Source of the DNA: a virus
Taxonomy: Duplodnaviria; Heunggongvirae; Uroviricota; Caudoviricetes
Length of the DNA: 64,000 nt
Strand: one strand, 5' to 3'
Virus record (IMG/VR): IMGVR_UViG_3300046047_000272
Numbering within the stretch: position 1 is the first letter of the stretch; each line of letters begins with the position of its first letter. This document shows, piece after piece, positions 41,230 through 50,415 of this stretch. The translations under genes and the position numbers were made by a program. Below the pieces are notes generated by a model. It searched no databases and had not been told where the DNA came from. It saw only the letters and a list, made by a program, of their open reading frames with translations.

Positions 41230-42300
41230 ATGATGAGACAGGTCACTAGAGCAAGAGCCATTCTAGCCGATCATACGATAACTGATCAATCGGTCATCGT
41301 CTACTCTGAGGTGTCAGATGAGGATAGGAAACGGCGATTGAGATCATGGGAGAAGCCTACTGGCTGGCGTCGTGTATCCTCAACGATGCATCGATGGTAT
41401 AAGAGGATATTGTTGAAGGCTCTTAACGGTCGTCTTCTGCGAAAGATGGTCGTCAAGTTGCATCGATTAAGTCAGTATTACGTAGCTGGTAATGTGATGA
41501 TGGCGTTTTTCATGATCTTAGCCAGTACGATGATGGCCATTCCAGCTTTCCTAACACATGCTTTGATGATCGCCTATATCGCGTTGTCTGTGCCGGTGGC
41601 CGTCATGATCATTGCCATACTAGCAGGAATTCTTCACCATGATCATACGTTGAAAGAGGATCATGTCACGACGCATCGTGTTCTTGATGATCATCATCGC
41701 GAGCATACGGTCATTATCTCGAATATTAGGTACACGGAAGAGGTGGCTGCATTGCTTAAGATGAGCTATTCTGAATTGAACAATATCGGATACGATTATT
41801 ACCATTACGATCTGTCAACACTTAGCATATGGTCACCAATACCATTGTCTGAGGTTCAGAGGGCCGCATTGCTCAAACGTGATGCTCTTATGATTCAGCA
41901 TCGATCTGAGTCATTGGACACTATCTACGATCTTCGTGATGATACGCATGTAGGCAGTGATCATCATGATGATCGGTTTAGCCGATATGATCAATGCATC
42001 GATCTCATTCAGGATAATCGACGGTTGATTGATGGTATCGGTCAGCCAGTGCTTGCTGATCAGTTAGATGTGATTCAGCGACGGTTGAGTGACGTGCAGA
42101 GCCATGGCTTAGATATGGCTTCTTCTACCACGATGCGTGATCTCGAGGATGTTCTTGCGCAGCTTGATCATATGCATGATCAGTTACTGGTCCTGAATGA
42201 TGATTGCGTCTCAGTCCATAACAGTAAGTTGGATTTATCATACATCAATAAGCAGCTTGACACGATGACCAGTACCGTCTCAACGGTTGTGAGCGAGTAG
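41230..42300 (+). CDS. variable-TM paralog family membrane protein
   Basis: Family motifs VYSEVSD, HVTTH.VLDDH..EHT, IWSPIPLS, HDQLLVLN. Confidence 0.85.
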   Translation: MMRQVTRARAILADHTITDQSVIVYSEVSDEDRKRRLRSWEKPTGWRRVSSTMHRWYKRILLKALNGRLLRKMVVKLHRLSQYYVAGNVMMAFFMILASTMMAIPAFLTHALMIAYIALSVPVAVMIIAILAGILHHDHTLKEDHVTTHRVLDDHHREHTVIISNIRYTEEVAALLKMSYSELNNIGYDYYHYDLSTLSIWSPIPLSEVQRAALLKRDALMIQHRSESLDTIYDLRDDTHVGSDHHDDRFSRYDQCIDLIQDNRRLIDGIGQPVLADQLDVIQRRLSDVQSHGLDMASSTTMRDLEDVLAQLDHMHDQLLVLNDDCVSVHNSKLDLSYINKQLDTMTSTVSTVVSE

Positions 42301-42313
42301 AAAGGATGGGCAT

Positions 42314-43441
42314 ATGACGGCGAGGAGCGAGCGCAGACACGTAGCTGAGCAGACGATGGGCGATCATCCCATGATGGTGTACTCTGATGTGGCAGATGAC
42401 GTCAGATGGCATCAACTGGACCATCGTCGTCAGAGGAGGGGATTAGCTCGTCTGCTCACAGTGGCTCATAGAGGATACAAGAGGGTGCTGTATCGGATGC
42501 TTCATCATCGCTATCTCAGGATAGCCATAGGAGCCTTATGTAAATTCAATAGTGATGAATACGTGAAGCCGCTGGCCGTATCTCTTCACGGTGGATTCAT
42601 CGTCAAGTCTGTCTTTGTTATGGAAATCATAATTCGCACCTTAGGATTAGGCGTGTTTATCCTCACTCTACCGCTATTTATTCCCCTAGCCATCAAGCTC
42701 ATATTCTCGCCATTCATGTTGATCGACCTACCGTTATTCATCTCCCTAACTATCAGGTTTATGTTCATACCATGGTATATGGATAAGACCCTCAGGGAGC
42801 ATCACATAACCACGCATGTGGTCCTTGACAATCATCTCCAAGAGCATACGATCATTGTCTCAACGATGAATGAGCAGTATACGGCTAAGCATGTGAAGAT
42901 GACGGAGGCTGAATTAGACACTAATGAGTACGTCTATCATGTGAGGCACGATCTTCGGCCACTGACCATATGGTCAACGATACCATTGTCCGAGGATCAG
43001 ATAACCACGCTGGCAGGCCGTGATTTTCTGATGGCCCAGCAGCGAGTCGAATCATCAGATGCTCGATACGATCTTCATGATGACCAGCAGATCAGTGACG
43101 CTCATGCTGATGCTTGTCTCCCATTGTACTATCAGTGCGTTAATCTCCTCGATGATAATCGTCGTCTCATCGAGCATATCGGCCAGCCAGCGCTTGCTGA
43201 TCGGTTAGATGAGATGACTAGGAATTTGAGTGACGTGAAGAACCATGGATTAGACATATCATCTGACATGACGATCAGTGAGCTTAATGCCATGCACGCA
43301 CAGCTTGATCATATGCACGATCAGCTACTCGTTCTGAATGAAGATTACATCTCAGTGCATCATACGACGATATCCTTATCGGATATCAATACGCAGCTTG
43401 ACACGATGGCCAGTACCGTCTCAACGGTTATGAGCGAGTAG
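42314..43441 (+). CDS. variable-TM paralog family membrane protein
   Basis: Family motifs; internal 60-bp duplication in the TM region. Confidence 0.85.
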   Translation: MTARSERRHVAEQTMGDHPMMVYSDVADDVRWHQLDHRRQRRGLARLLTVAHRGYKRVLYRMLHHRYLRIAIGALCKFNSDEYVKPLAVSLHGGFIVKSVFVMEIIIRTLGLGVFILTLPLFIPLAIKLIFSPFMLIDLPLFISLTIRFMFIPWYMDKTLREHHITTHVVLDNHLQEHTIIVSTMNEQYTAKHVKMTEAELDTNEYVYHVRHDLRPLTIWSTIPLSEDQITTLAGRDFLMAQQRVESSDARYDLHDDQQISDAHADACLPLYYQCVNLLDDNRRLIEHIGQPALADRLDEMTRNLSDVKNHGLDISSDMTISELNAMHAQLDHMHDQLLVLNEDYISVHHTTISLSDINTQLDTMASTVSTVMSE

Positions 43442-43454
43442 AAAGGATGTGCAT

Positions 43455-44513
43455 ATGACGTCACGAAAAGAACGCGGCCGCGTAGCAGAGCAGACGATGG
43501 TCGGTCAGCCAGTGATGGTGTACTCAGAGGTATCAGACGACCTAAGATGGCATCAACTGCATCATCGTCATCAGAGGAGGGGATTAGCTCGCCTGCTCAC
43601 AGTAGCTCATAGAGGATACAAGACCTTGCTGTCCCGGATGCTCCATCATCGTTATCTCAGGAGAGTCATCGGATTCTTGTGTCGATTTGATAGTGATGCG
43701 TACACCGTGCTGATTGGCCTATCTATTCCCTTCAGTCTCATGTTCAGTTTTGTCCTTGCAGTATACAGAATGATTACGACCATGAGCTCATTCATGCTCA
43801 TCAGCATCATACCGCTATGCATTTCCTTAGCCATCAAGGTCATCCTCATGCCATGGTATACGGATAAGACGATCATGGAGGATCATATCACCACGCATCG
43901 AGTTCGTGATCATCGTCTTCAAGAGCATACGATCATTGTCTCGACGATGGACAGTGAACATACGTCTGAGCATCTGAGGATTACTGAGGCTGAATTAGAT
44001 ACTAATGAGTACGTCTATCATGTGAAGCATGATCTTCGGCCACTGACCATATGGTCGACGATACCATTGTCTAAGAATCAGATCGTCATACTATCAGAAC
44101 GTGATTTTCTGATGGTCCAGCAGCGAGTTGAGTCATCTGACACCAGATATGATCTTCATGATTATCACCAGGTCAGTGATGATCATACTGATGCTCGTCT
44201 CCCATTGTACTATCAATGCGTTGATCTCCTCCATGATGATCGTCGTCTCATCGAGCAGATTGGTCAGCCAGCACTAGCCGACCAATTAGGTGTCATAGCT
44301 AATCATATGAGTGAAGCCAAGAATCATGGTCTGAGCATATCATCTGATATCACGATGCGCGAATTGCGAGACATCCTGGCTCAACTAGACGATATGCATG
44401 ATCAGTTACTCGTTCTGAATGAGGATTACGCATCTATCAGAAACGATAAGATGACCATATCAAGAATCAATCAGCAGGTTCATATGATGGCCAAGGAATC
44501 TGTGTCGGAATAA
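43455..44513 (+). CDS. variable-TM paralog family membrane protein
   Basis: Family motifs; closest to 42314..43441. Confidence 0.85.
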   Translation: MTSRKERGRVAEQTMVGQPVMVYSEVSDDLRWHQLHHRHQRRGLARLLTVAHRGYKTLLSRMLHHRYLRRVIGFLCRFDSDAYTVLIGLSIPFSLMFSFVLAVYRMITTMSSFMLISIIPLCISLAIKVILMPWYTDKTIMEDHITTHRVRDHRLQEHTIIVSTMDSEHTSEHLRITEAELDTNEYVYHVKHDLRPLTIWSTIPLSKNQIVILSERDFLMVQQRVESSDTRYDLHDYHQVSDDHTDARLPLYYQCVDLLHDDRRLIEQIGQPALADQLGVIANHMSEAKNHGLSISSDITMRELRDILAQLDDMHDQLLVLNEDYASIRNDKMTISRINQQVHMMAKESVSE

Positions 44514-44598
44514 GCCTCTGATCATCAATAGGAGGTATCATAATAGCAATATGAGCCATGAATACCGCCAAGGACACTCGACATGCTCCTCAGACGCA

Positions 44599-45405
44599 CA
44601 GAACCGCCGGTCTATCGGACGTAGAGCCAGTACTAGTATAATTACTGATCCTCATGGCTGCGTCCGAGGACGGCGGCATAGAATCACGTCTAGTGGTATG
44701 ATCATATAATGATCTACTTGGCTTCATCTATCAGGCCAGGAGTATGAGCGGGATACTCATCGTTGAGGGTTTGTCGAGATACGTCGTTGAGGGGCTGTCA
44801 AGAGCGGGTGATTGAACGGGGGGGGGGTTGTGCCTCGCGGCTTGGGCGCTCCTGCAGAGCGTATTCCTAGGATATGCTTCCTCGTGGACACGATCTATCG
44901 TCGCAGTGCCGCGGTTCTCTAAGATCGGTTCTGTACGCTAGAATATGATGTAATATGACTGCTCTACGGAGCAAGCAATCACGATGATCGTTGCCATTCC
45001 AAGGGTCTCACGCGATCTGCGCTCATCAACGACGAGGAATACCATGGATGAGCATATGAGACATGCAGAGACGCTGGTCTGATGGATGTGGGCGTAGACC
45101 TAGTACGAACGTACACCATCATCAAGGTGAAGAGGGCTGCGGTCAGTAGAGGGTGGATGATCGGCATGAGGTATGTCCTTGGTGGAGTCATCTGTTTTGT
45201 GCCTCGCGGCTTGGGCGCTCCTGCAGAGCGTATTCCTAGGATATGCTTCCTCGTGCACACGCTCTATCGTTGCAGTGCCGCGGTTCCTCAAAATCACTTC
45301 CGCACACTAGAATATGATGTTTTTTACTGGTTCTACGGAGCATATTAGCTCCTGAATGGCTGTTTTTCAAGTTCTTGGGGCATCTTCAGTATGATTGCTG
45401 AGGAC
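44599..45405 (+). repeat. A/B modular repeat locus 6: A-linker-B-linker-B
   Basis: A 44599, B 44847, B 45216. Confidence 0.93.
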
Positions 45406-45631
45406 GATGCGTCAATCATGCTACGATACACGATCATCGACAATGATCATGAGGCCGGCATGGTCGTCATATCAGATGAGAGATAACGTCATATGCTTAC
45501 CGATGATGGTAAAATGTCATATACGATATCATGATGTATGATAAGCTTGTCCAAGGAGTGATACAGATGCACAGAACCATCATGAAGGCCACCGCGATCA
45601 ATGCTATGATCGTCCTGTTAAGGATGACGGT

Positions 45632-46696
45632 ATGAGCAAGCGCGAGGAACGTCGACGCCTAGCCGATAAGACGATCACTCGTCGTTCGTCTACAGTGTAC
45701 TCGGAAATGTCAGACGATTGCCGATTATATCGTCTGGATAGTCGTCAGAAGACGCGTGGATTGGCCCGTCTGTCCGCGATGGCTCATAGAGGATATAAGG
45801 CGTGTCTGTCGAGAATACTCAGACATCGGCTTCTTAGGATGGTCCTAGGATTCATACATGGCATAGACATTAATAATATAGCGATCTCCTCGATCTTCGT
45901 TCTATCACTGCCTATTATGGGGTATATGGGAATGGCAGCCTTAGATCCGAAAGTACCAGACACCTTCCTACCAACGATCGGCGTGTCCGCCATTCTAATC
46001 AGTACTCTTTACGTCTTCCTCATGACGACCATACAAGCCATATCAAATGATCGTACATTAGACGATCATCACATCACCACGCATGTGGTCCTTGACGATC
46101 ATTTCCAGGAGCATACGATCATTGTCTCAACGATGGATGGGGAGCATACGGATAAGTATCTGAAGATGACGGAGGCTGAATTAGACGCTCATCATTCCTA
46201 TGAAGGACCGCTCGATCTACAGGATCTGACCATATGGTCACCAATACCATTATCCAAGGATCAGATAGCCATACTATCAGACCGTGATTTCTTGATGGTT
46301 CAGCAACGTGCTGAATCCTCAGACGCTAGATACGATTTCCATGATTACCGGCAGGTCAGTGAGTCGCATGATGACGCTCGGCTTCCACTGTATCAGCAAT
46401 GCGTTGATTTAATCAATGATAATCTTCGTCTCATCGAGCATCTCGACCAGCAGTCATTGGCTGATCAGTTGCACGTCATATCTAGTCATATGAGCGATGC
46501 GAAGAGCCATGGTCTGAACATGTCGTCTGATATGACGATACGTGAATTGAAGGACATGCTCGGCAAGCTCGATGATATACACGATCAGTTACTCGTCTTG
46601 AATGAGGATTACTCCTCTATCCAGGATGATAACATGATATTATCGAAGATCAATGATTCGGTTCATGCTATGACGAATGCTGAAACAGTGTCATAG
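45632..46696 (+). CDS. variable-TM paralog family membrane protein
   Basis: Family motifs. Confidence 0.85.
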   Translation: MSKREERRRLADKTITRRSSTVYSEMSDDCRLYRLDSRQKTRGLARLSAMAHRGYKACLSRILRHRLLRMVLGFIHGIDINNIAISSIFVLSLPIMGYMGMAALDPKVPDTFLPTIGVSAILISTLYVFLMTTIQAISNDRTLDDHHITTHVVLDDHFQEHTIIVSTMDGEHTDKYLKMTEAELDAHHSYEGPLDLQDLTIWSPIPLSKDQIAILSDRDFLMVQQRAESSDARYDFHDYRQVSESHDDARLPLYQQCVDLINDNLRLIEHLDQQSLADQLHVISSHMSDAKSHGLNMSSDMTIRELKDMLGKLDDIHDQLLVLNEDYSSIQDDNMILSKINDSVHAMTNAETVS

Positions 46697-46715
46697 GACG
46701 TCGAAGGACAATAAG

Positions 46716-47486
46716 ATGAACATTACGAATACGACGACCAGCGATCTCTCGTCATTGTCTGAGGATCAGGCTATAGCCTACGCGGAGGAATTCCTATCAG
46801 CGTTCAGATCGTATCGTCAGCCTCGATATGATATCCGTGAAGACAGACTGGATAAGGGATGGGGACATGTGGTCATGCATGTTCTGAGAGACGACGAGGA
46901 GGTCTTCTCCTATGAGCGAACGTATCATATCTTCGGCAAGGAGACGTGCAGACCATTTCCTCAATATGATTTCGTTGATCATCAATGGCATGATTACCTC
47001 TTGTTCTCAGAGGATTACGTTCGGGCGTCTGTGCTGAATCTTGAGACCGGTGAGCGTGCAGATGAGCCATATCCTGTAGATGCACAGGGTAACGAGCATC
47101 CTGGCATTGGCTTCTGTCCAACTGGGTTCAAGGTGTTCTCACTGGTTGACGAGTATGCGGGTCCATCATCAATGGACCCTAGGGATGGAGCTATCGCGTA
47201 CTGGCAGTCCATCGTTGATGAGGGCAGTCATAGTAGGATCCTCGATCTGCTATCATACTCTGGTGTATTCGCATTGGAATCTGGTTGCGTGTGGGGTGAC
47301 GATCTGAGTGCTAAGCTCCGTCATATTGATATGTCTCGTATCCGTGATGGTGTGCTGAGTACAGATGAGCGCTACGGGTATTTTGAACTTGGCGTTCCTA
47401 TAGATGATGTCGAATACTCTTGTGGCCATATCTACGCACCACGGTTGACGGTTCTTGATGTTCGTGATGGTCGGGTCATCGAGTGA
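46716..47486 (+). CDS. hypothetical protein
   Basis: 256 aa; GFCPTGF and GCVWGDD motifs. Confidence 0.75.
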   Translation: MNITNTTTSDLSSLSEDQAIAYAEEFLSAFRSYRQPRYDIREDRLDKGWGHVVMHVLRDDEEVFSYERTYHIFGKETCRPFPQYDFVDHQWHDYLLFSEDYVRASVLNLETGERADEPYPVDAQGNEHPGIGFCPTGFKVFSLVDEYAGPSSMDPRDGAIAYWQSIVDEGSHSRILDLLSYSGVFALESGCVWGDDLSAKLRHIDMSRIRDGVLSTDERYGYFELGVPIDDVEYSCGHIYAPRLTVLDVRDGRVIE

Positions 47487-47489
47487 ACC

Positions 47490-47990
47490 ATGATTAAGAA
47501 GATCGTCTCGGGCGGGCAGACCGGTGTTGACAGGGCAGCATTAGACGCTGCTCTTGCCTTGGGTGTACCATTCACCGGTATGATTCCACATGGATGGATT
47601 GCTGAGGATCGTCATCCAGAATGGCTGCGGGGATGGTATCCTACGCTTCAAGAGTCGTCGTCATCATCGTATCCCTATCGGACTCGGTATAATATTGAGC
47701 AATCTGATATGACGCTTTTGATTATGGGTGCATCTAGCGTACAGCAGCATCGTGGAAGCCTGCTAACCCCGCGGACAGCTAGGAGCATGCATCGTCCTAT
47801 TATCGTATCGAATGGACGAGATGTAGATCGAGTGGTTCGGGAGATCAATCGTATAGCTATGGGTCTTGAGGATAGTGGTGGCGTCACATTGAACGTTGCT
47901 GGTCCAAGATTGTCAGGATATCCAGGGATTGATATAATTGCGTATCAAATGATGGTTATGGTCATCCTTGCTGATCAATCTGTTCTCTGA
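47490..47990 (+). CDS. putative molybdenum-carrier / SLOG family protein
   Basis: KIVSGGQTGVDRAALD, Y..RT..N...SD.TL, GS.LT, LNVAGPR.S. Confidence 0.88.
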   Translation: MIKKIVSGGQTGVDRAALDAALALGVPFTGMIPHGWIAEDRHPEWLRGWYPTLQESSSSSYPYRTRYNIEQSDMTLLIMGASSVQQHRGSLLTPRTARSMHRPIIVSNGRDVDRVVREINRIAMGLEDSGGVTLNVAGPRLSGYPGIDIIAYQMMVMVILADQSVL

Positions 47991-48039
47991 TTGTAGGAAG
48001 TCTTGGAATGCGCCATGATGAGAAAAAGAGGATGGAATC

Positions 48040-49035
48040 ATGAATTCATTTATTCACATCGTATCGTCACCTGGTTATAGGGATGATTGTCCGAAACGGT
48101 TAAAGCGGAGAAGAGGCCGCGTCAAACGATGGTTTGACGCTATCCTGATGCCTCGTTGGATGAATGCTGGCATGATCGTGTCATCGTTGATATTTCTGAT
48201 TCTTCCATTACTACTGCTCGTTACTGTACTCGTACAATTCCATGTTACTGGCATCTCAAACATCGCGTCAATTACTGGACACTCTCTCATTTTCTATACG
48301 TTTCTATTAAGCATCCTTGGCATTGCCGCCGGATCGCACCATGGTAATCCTGCATATCTCAGCATCGAGTTCTGCCGTTGGGTTAATCACTTACTGATCG
48401 GTCATGCTCATCGTAGGTATCTCAATTGGCTTACTGATAAGCCTATCATTGCCACAGTTAATGATCGTCTTATCGTCCTCCATGATAATGATCATATTAT
48501 CTCATCATTATACGATGTTCGTGCAATCGACTATACAGAAGACACGGCTCGGGCATATACTCACATGTATACTGATAATGATCACGAGGATTCAGTTCGT
48601 ATCTTCACGTCTGACGATGACAACTGTGATTACATCATGCCATCAATATACCATGAGATTATCTATCAGTCCATGAGACACGATGATCAGGTAGCCAATC
48701 AAGAAGATAGTCAACGTCCCGCTACGATGATGCAACAGCTGCAGGATGGCTATCAGAGATTAGCGGATCGTTCAACGCTCATCAATCCTGATCAATATGA
48801 ACTGCAAGCTCTTCATGATGGTGTGATGATGCTGACGCAGCGACTTGAGGACGATGCTGATAATCCAGAAACTATCGTCAAGGTTGAGGACATGCTTCGT
48901 AGAATGGATGATCTCTCGGATCAATTAGATGATATTGATCATGACGGTCAGATGATTCAGAACGCTGTCCATGCTCTTGATCGGTTATCGAATCAAGTTG
49001 ATGAGGCTAAGACGAACGTTGCCTCGGCGTCATGA
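48040..49035 (+). CDS. 2-TM protein with C-terminal coiled coil
   Basis: Basic N-terminus, two TM and a heptad-rich C-terminus, like the paralog family. Confidence 0.75.
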   Translation: MNSFIHIVSSPGYRDDCPKRLKRRRGRVKRWFDAILMPRWMNAGMIVSSLIFLILPLLLLVTVLVQFHVTGISNIASITGHSLIFYTFLLSILGIAAGSHHGNPAYLSIEFCRWVNHLLIGHAHRRYLNWLTDKPIIATVNDRLIVLHDNDHIISSLYDVRAIDYTEDTARAYTHMYTDNDHEDSVRIFTSDDDNCDYIMPSIYHEIIYQSMRHDDQVANQEDSQRPATMMQQLQDGYQRLADRSTLINPDQYELQALHDGVMMLTQRLEDDADNPETIVKVEDMLRRMDDLSDQLDDIDHDGQMIQNAVHALDRLSNQVDEAKTNVASAS

Positions 49036-49079
49036 TCATGATGGTAAGATGCTCTATGAGAGTATCACGATGAAAGGAA

Positions 49080-49364
49080 ATGATGATGGCCGTACAGACC
49101 CTGTCTATTGATGCGTTGATGCGTCAACTCCGTGAGGCTAAGGCTACCTATGGTGGTGATGTCCCTGTCTACACCTATCATGATGGCCGGCTCACGGGGA
49201 CGCTGGCCCTTGATGGTCCTATCGAGATCGTCCACACGTCAGTATATCCTAATGGCGGTCATCCCGTGATGATGCTGGGATACCCAGATCATGAGGTTTT
49301 CGATGATCTGAAGCAGCTACGATCGAATAACCATTCAGACGATCTTGACGCTGATAAGGAGTGA
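49080..49364 (+). CDS. hypothetical protein
   Basis: AAAGGA RBS; L..AKA.YGGDVPV motif. Confidence 0.65.
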   Translation: MMMAVQTLSIDALMRQLREAKATYGGDVPVYTYHDGRLTGTLALDGPIEIVHTSVYPNGGHPVMMLGYPDHEVFDDLKQLRSNNHSDDLDADKE

Positions 49365-49368
49365 TGAT

Positions 49369-50415
49369 ATGGTTACCTGGAACTATTGTCATCATACAAG
49401 ACGGTTGATGAGTCGGCGGGATAGATGGATATACCGATTGCGACGGCTAGCGGCTAATCCAGAGTGCAATTTTCTCATACTGGCAGCAATGATTGGTTTG
49501 AATATGTATATCATGGTTACCGTCTCAGCATGGTTCTTCCCCCTCCTATGCATCATGCCAATGGCTCATATGGCCATGCTAAAGACAATATTGCTCCGCT
49601 ATCCTCCTCATACGAGTAGGCTATATCGTTCTCGGGATACGGCCGTGATTCAGATGCATCATATGCGCACAATAGCTGACTCGATAACGATGATCACTGG
49701 TAAGCACAGTGGGTCACATCCATTATGGTTGCAATCGAATACGCATGATTGCATGACGATCACCATTGATCATACGCCCGTAAGATTGATTCTGAATGGT
49801 TGTAAAGACCATGCGTTGAGGCGTGCTCTTAGTGATTCGACGTCTAAGCATACCTTGGAGAAAGCCGCTGTTTGGAATCATGAGGAAGATCATATTGGCC
49901 ACCCTGATGCTGACGTGGACGCTATGCTGATAAAAGTGCATGACGTGATTCAGCGGATAGGTGACGCGGCTTTTCAAGCTGAATATCAAGGTAAGACGTT
50001 AGCTGATCGTCCATTAGACAGGCGTCTCCTGCCAGTTCGCTCTGATAGACGTGACGATCGTATGACGATGGCAGCTGTGCATGAATTAGCTCATCGTGTC
50101 ACGGGCATGATGCAAGCGTCGTCATTGTTTCCTGACCATGAGCGGGATGTGGCTATCCGAGTGATTGACCAACAGGTTCAGGATGTATCGGATAGATTGA
50201 TGATACTTGAACATGTCTCAGGATTTGACGCTACGATGATGGACGATTGGCGTGCATCATGTCAGGATGTTCAGCGGCGATTAGAGCAAGTTGACGCTTC
50301 TATGACGATGATGACACGAGATGAAATGTCGATTCAGCGTAGCGAGCAGGTATTAGACGATCTTGAGAGGAGTATAGCGGTTATGTCAATGTCAACAGGG
50401 GAGGTCGTATCATGA
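49369..50415 (+). CDS. 2-TM coiled-coil protein, paralog of 50412..51512
   Basis: Shared S.T.ITG..S...PLWLQ....D.MT..I.H.PVRLIL, LE.AAVW.H, L.DRPLD..LLP.R. Confidence 0.8.
   Translation: MVTWNYCHHTRRLMSRRDRWIYRLRRLAANPECNFLILAAMIGLNMYIMVTVSAWFFPLLCIMPMAHMAMLKTILLRYPPHTSRLYRSRDTAVIQMHHMRTIADSITMITGKHSGSHPLWLQSNTHDCMTITIDHTPVRLILNGCKDHALRRALSDSTSKHTLEKAAVWNHEEDHIGHPDADVDAMLIKVHDVIQRIGDAAFQAEYQGKTLADRPLDRRLLPVRSDRRDDRMTMAAVHELAHRVTGMMQASSLFPDHERDVAIRVIDQQVQDVSDRLMILEHVSGFDATMMDDWRASCQDVQRRLEQVDASMTMMTRDEMSIQRSEQVLDDLERSIAVMSMSTGEVVS

Noticed and set aside
45082-45348. ORFs through module B (GAPAERIPRICFLV, TRKHILGIRSAGAP; also 40636, 21944, 44979)
   Set aside because: No shared start or RBS, stops in other copies and no evident synonymous bias; by-products of a non-coding repeat.
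1337-45405. Frpo/ssi-type leading-region single-strand promoters
   Set aside because: Those share one orientation on the transferred strand; these loci occur on both strands and some lie between convergent genes. Not fully excluded.
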